Below are positions 59,280 to 64,000 of a stretch of 64,000 nt of DNA, piece by piece. A program made the position numbers and the translations under genes. Below the pieces are notes generated by a model. The model made no database searches. It worked only from the letters and a program-made list of their open reading frames with translations, and was not told the origin of the DNA. Positions within the stretch are counted from its first letter, which is position 1; each line of letters starts with the position of its first letter. The stretch comes from Eledone cirrhosa (taxonomy: Eukaryota), in NCBI GenBank assembly GCA_964016885.1, contig OZ024741.1:307334001-307398000 (forward strand), read 5' to 3'.

Positions 59280-60060
59280 ATTGGGTGGCTAAAATAAAGT
59301 GGCCCCGTACACGTTTTGTGTCACTGTATATTAATTTTCAAACTGATCACGCTTCGCTTAAATTTCAGTATATGGCAGATACGACGTCTGAGAAGACAAC
59401 AAAACCCAACTCCGGATTTTCTGTGTGAAACACTGCCACAAATGTGGGTTGTACAAGCAGGTTCTAGTGCAATTTCATGCATCTTTTGGGGACGGACAAA
59501 TCTCCCTTCAAATCCTATATACAAAACTGGGTGAAGATGTTTAAAAATGGAGAACGTCAATACAATGTCTGAGGACCATCCTACTCACTCTGTCTGACCC
59601 AAGAAGCCTAGACAGGAAGTTAGTGGCATGATCCAAGTCTTTGTTGGACGGAACTCAAAACAATCGATGCGCAGGAGAAGCCTATCCTTGAGTCTCTCAT
59701 CAGAAACTTACAGAATTATTGTCAAATAAGATCTTAAAACGTACCCTTACAGAATACAGACTAAACAAAAAGCGTACTGCAGTTGATAAGACTAAGAGAA
59801 AGATTGTGGTTGAGCTAATGCTGCAGAAGATGGAAAACAACTCAAATGTTTTGAATCTGCTTTGAGCCTCTGATGAAGACCAATTTCACTTAGAACAATG
59901 TGTTCTGGTGGTCAGAGAAATCAGCTATCCCTACGTCTATTTGGAAAGACGTTATGTTAAGCTTCACCATGCACCTAAAAATGGGGATCACTTGGAACAT
60001 GTGCCTTAACTCTGGACAGAAATATCAGAAGACAATGCATTTTAGATATGCTGTTTTTAA
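59280..60060 (+). pseudogene. Tc1/mariner transposon relic
   Basis: YPYRIQ (59742) and SDEDQFHL (59869) remnants; TA-flanked start; boundaries approximate. Confidence 0.6.
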
Positions 60061-60463
60061 TAATTTGAGTTAAATATATTCGGAGTTTCATCAGTCAAAA
60101 GATGAATAGTGTAGAGAAAGATAATGAGGCCAGTGTGTTTTGAGTCATCCTGTATAAATATATATACAAACACACTTGGCATTTTATTATATTTGATAAT
60201 AAGCCCCTTTTCTTTAGCCATTTCATATACTAATCCCCACTATATATTTTTCTCAATTCTGTTTCTCTCTCTCTCACCCTCTCTCCCATTCTCTTACTCT
60301 CGGTATACACATACATGTTTCTATTTACGTAAGGATATTGATACGCACGTATGTGTATATGTATGCATGTATGTATTAATGTCTGTTTATTTTCTATCTG
60401 ACTGATTGTTTGTCTGTCTCTCTGTATGTATGTAAACTGAGCAGAGAAAGAAAGAGATCGGAA

Positions 60464-60527
<64 letters not shown>

Positions 60528-60992
60528 ATATACGTATGTGTGTGTGTGTTTGTGCGTGCAAGTATATATATATATATACATGGACACACGAACACACACA
60601 CACACATATATATATATATACACATACATGTATATATATTTTATACACACACACATATATATATATATATACGTGTGTGTGTGTAAAGGAAGTGTGTAGT
60701 AACTAGGGAAGGAGAAGGAGAGGTAGTGAAAGAGAGGGAGGAGGGGTTGGCTAGGGGGTTTGGATGTCTTATCTGAAGCACGAAAGATTTTTTATGACTG
60801 TATTACGTTCACATCTGGAGAATCTCATTTAGTTTGCCACCATTCCGTGTATATGGACAAACTTTCCTTATAAGTCCTTCCAAGGAAATCTTTGCTTTTC
60901 ACAGCGTTCAACGCCCTTATTCCCTTATGTTCTCTTCCCCTCTCTCCGTCGCTGTTTTTCTCTCTGTCTATCTGTGTCTCAATCTTTCTCTT

Positions 60993-61069
<77 letters not shown>

Positions 61070-61192
61070 TTGTTTCTGTCTCTGTGTCTGTGGGTGTGTC
61101 TCTCAATCACTTTGGCTCCTTTTCTTTCTGTCTCTCTGTCTATCTTTTTATCTCTGTCTGTATCTCTTTTTCTTTGTCAATTTCTTCCCCCC

Positions 61193-61251
<59 letters not shown>

Positions 61252-61449
61252 TGGAGCATCCTCACTCATTCTTTGTCTGTCTATCTGTCTGTTTGTATGT
61301 CTGTCTCTTTCTCTCTATATCTCTCACTCTTGTCTCACATTTATATTTATCTATTTATCCCACCTTTCTTTCCTACCGCCATTTCTTCATTAAGTCAGTC
61401 ATTATTTATTTTTTTATATTTTATTGTTTTAAATATGTAGGTAGAGTCA

Positions 61450-61612
61450 TGGATGGCTGTTTAGTTACGCAGTTCGCATAACAACTACGTGGCTTCCATT
61501 TCCGTCTCATTGCGTGGAATTTTGGGCACTGACTTCTGCTATAACCTTGGCTAGACTAATGCCTTGTAAATACAATTTGGCAAGCGGAAGTTGGATAGAA
61601 GTCCGTTGTATA
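61450..61612 (+). mobile_element. Degenerate tRNA-derived SINE head
   Basis: tggctgtttagtta..tgcgtgg..ttgggca..cttctgctataacc..gccttgt..agaagtccgttgtatata. Confidence 0.55.
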
Positions 61613-62149
61613 TATACAGAGTGAATAAAAACACTGGCCCTATTTTTATATTTCTCTGCATTATTCATTTTTTGTCAAAAACTGGTGACACTTCGATTAT
61701 CCTTAGTTCAAACTATTATAAACAACATATCAAAAATACACCATCTATTAATGTTTCCCTCTAGATTTACAGCGCATGTTCTAAGTCAGAGGTTCACAAA
61801 TTGGGCGTTGAAAAGGTACAGTAGAGATGATATGTCACGTATATGCAGTAGAGATGATATGTCACGTATATATAGTAGAGATGATATGTCACGTATGAAA
61901 TTTGTAGAAATTTATTTTTTCTACAAATTTCTACAAATTTCATACTTGACTACCCAATAGTATATTAAATATCACTTAATACATATTGTATATAGATATA
62001 GTAAAATAAAAAATATATAATATTTATACATAGTATATATTATATTATTTATTATATGTAAATGAACGATTTTATTTATTATACATTGTTCACAATTTGC
62101 ATGTAGGCAGGACTCTCTGGAAATAGGGGTGTGGGTATTGTTGTAACTG

Positions 62150-62400
62150 AGCCCTATTTAAATCCATGCATTTTTAAAGGTGAATGGTGAAGTATTTACA
62201 AATAGACCTAAGGATGGCTCTGATCTCCTCCATGATATTTTCCTTACGTTCAGTGCTGGTCCTCGGTTGTTGAGATATACCCTATTCTATACATAGCTCC
62301 AAAGAAAGAAATGTGGGGCGCTTAAATCAGGTCTATCTGGGGCTCAGTCAGATCAGTCTTTAAACTGATCTCACGATTTCTAAAGTTATTTTTCAGCCTT
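62150..62400 (-). pseudogene. Tc1/mariner transposase C-terminal relic
   Basis: Minus strand PDRPDLSAPHFFLWSYV*NRVYLNN, resembling the SPDL..DFFLWG..K..VY motif. Confidence 0.65.
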
Positions 62401-62703
62401 TATTCTGTAGGGGTACAATAATATTGACTTTGTTGCTCATAATCACTTAATAAAAACTTATTGCGAAAAGAAAAGTAATTCAGTGCGCATGCATAGAAGA
62501 TGATATTTAGACAACATATTTAATATTCAGCATAAACATAAAATAAGGGATATTAAGCGTAATTAATTTATATTTATATTAGAACGGTAAATCACAATTC
62601 TTAGAGCTGAAACAGATCTGTTTCTAGCCGAGATAAACAATGCTAATTGCCATTATTAGATAAATAAATATACCCATCTGCCAACTATCTGGCAGATGGG
62701 TAT

Positions 62704-62746
62704 ACGATGCTGATGATAGCTAACAAGCTTGAAACTAGTACATCGT
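62704..62746 (+). ncRNA. Minimal type I hammerhead ribozyme (family B)
   Basis: acgatg-CTGATGA-t-agc-taacaa-gct-t-GAAA-ctag-TA-catcgt. Confidence 0.9.
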
Positions 62747-62901
62747 TCCTGTGTCAGTGTTGAACAAAAAGGTGACGTGGTTGCCTTAACACCGTACGGC
62801 ATAAAAATTCAGGCTGTTCAGTTTGTTTACAAACGAACAAGGCGGCGTTATAGTAAGCGTCCGCTAAACTGATACGTGCATATATGTATGTGTACCTGTA
62901 T

Positions 62902-62955
<54 letters not shown>

Positions 62956-63191
62956 TGCTACTGTACGTCTGTATACATATATGTATGTACGTATACACAC
63001 ATACTTACATTTAAGTAAGTGCCGTACTAAGAGTGAGAAATGAAATTTCGTTTTCATTTTATTTCAACTTATCGTTTTCGGTATGCCTGACCGACTTAGC
63101 TCACTCGATATGCAAATTAGGCTGCTCAGCCGTTAATTTTCATAAGGAAAGTATATACTTTCGAACGTTCAACTATCTGGCAGATAGGTAT

Positions 63192-63234
63192 ACGGTGCTG
63201 ATGATAGCTAACAAGCTTGGAACTAGTACATCGT
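63192..63234 (+). ncRNA. Family B hammerhead, core mutated (GGAA)
   Basis: Same motif with GAAA changed to GGAA. Confidence 0.65.
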
Positions 63235-63386
63235 TCCTGTGTCAGTGTTGAACAAAAAGGTGACGTGGTTGCCTTAACACCGTACGGCATAAAAATTCAG
63301 CCTGTTCAGTTTGTTTACAAACGAACAAAGCGGCGTTATAATAAGCGTCCGCTAAACTGATACGTGCATATATGTATGTGTACCTG

Positions 63387-63446
<60 letters not shown>

Positions 63447-63496
63447 TGCTACTGTACGTCTGTATACATATATGTATGTACGTATACACACATACT

Positions 63497-63586
<90 letters not shown>

Positions 63587-63669
63587 CATACATATATATG
63601 TCAACCGAGCCCGAGCACACGAGTAGAAGGACGTGTTTTTTTGCTTGCGGCATATCGCAAAATCGGATT

Positions 63670-63760
63670 TTCATCTGAAGATACCGTTCTCATAACAACA
63701 ATAAATACATAAATTACATCATGGATTGCAGAAGAGAACCGTTGAAATAATTATTATGAA
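63670..63760 (+). ncRNA. Type I hammerhead ribozyme with long stem II/loop (separate family)
   Basis: ttcat-CTGAAGA-tacc-gttctc[..]gagaac-cgtt-GAAA-taatta-TT-atgaa. Confidence 0.7.
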
Positions 63761-64000
63761 TAAACGATTTATGTAACATCAGCATTTTTCTTAATGGTAT
63801 TCTTATATATATATATTCTTCTTCTTTCTCCACTTATAGAGTTGTTGGGGTAGAGCCATCAACAATTTCACAGGGCTCTATCGAAATTAGTCATAACCAT
63901 TTTATATGATATTTTATATTATTCTCGTTTTATTAGAAGTTAAAAAGGCGTCTTGTTTCGTCCAAGAATATTTTCAGTAGTATATTTACGTAGCTTTACT

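Larger units (their letters stand above)
62670..63500 (+). mobile_element. Retrozyme-like family B array, 488-bp period, ~1.7 copies, with terminal hairpin
   Basis: Cores at 62710 and 63198; atacccatctgcca/tggcagatgggtat 14-bp inversion at the 5' end. Confidence 0.85.

Noticed and set aside
59869-59895. CTGATGA as a possible hammerhead core
   Set aside because: Encodes the SDE motif of a Tc1/mariner relic; no stems or GAAA partner
61820-61896. CRISPR-like short repeats
   Set aside because: Contiguous 27-bp units without unique spacers; eukaryotic context

Overview
AT-rich, microsatellite-dense eukaryotic DNA with no recognisable host gene. The SINE/LINE repertoire and (TA)n/(TATG)n load suggest a cephalopod (octopus-like) genome; this is an inference. 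Contents: a 5'-truncated, 5'-inverted Penelope-like element (RT + C-terminal GIY-YIG, Neptune type), CR1-group, RTE, Tx1/L1 and RLE-type non-LTR retrotransposon copies, tRNA-derived SINEs, Tc1/mariner relics and one 200-N gap. The standout signal is a set of unrelated ~0.46-0.61 kb non-coding tandem repeats next to (TA)n tracts. Three families carry one type I hammerhead ribozyme per monomer (retrozyme-like), often with Penelope-style fold-back 5' ends. One family has a compensatory U3:A8 catalytic core (TTGATAA instead of CTGATGA). Almost all Y/I/H/T/M/V-rich ORFs in the ORF track are microsatellite artefacts. All folds and alignments were done by eye, so boundaries are approximate.
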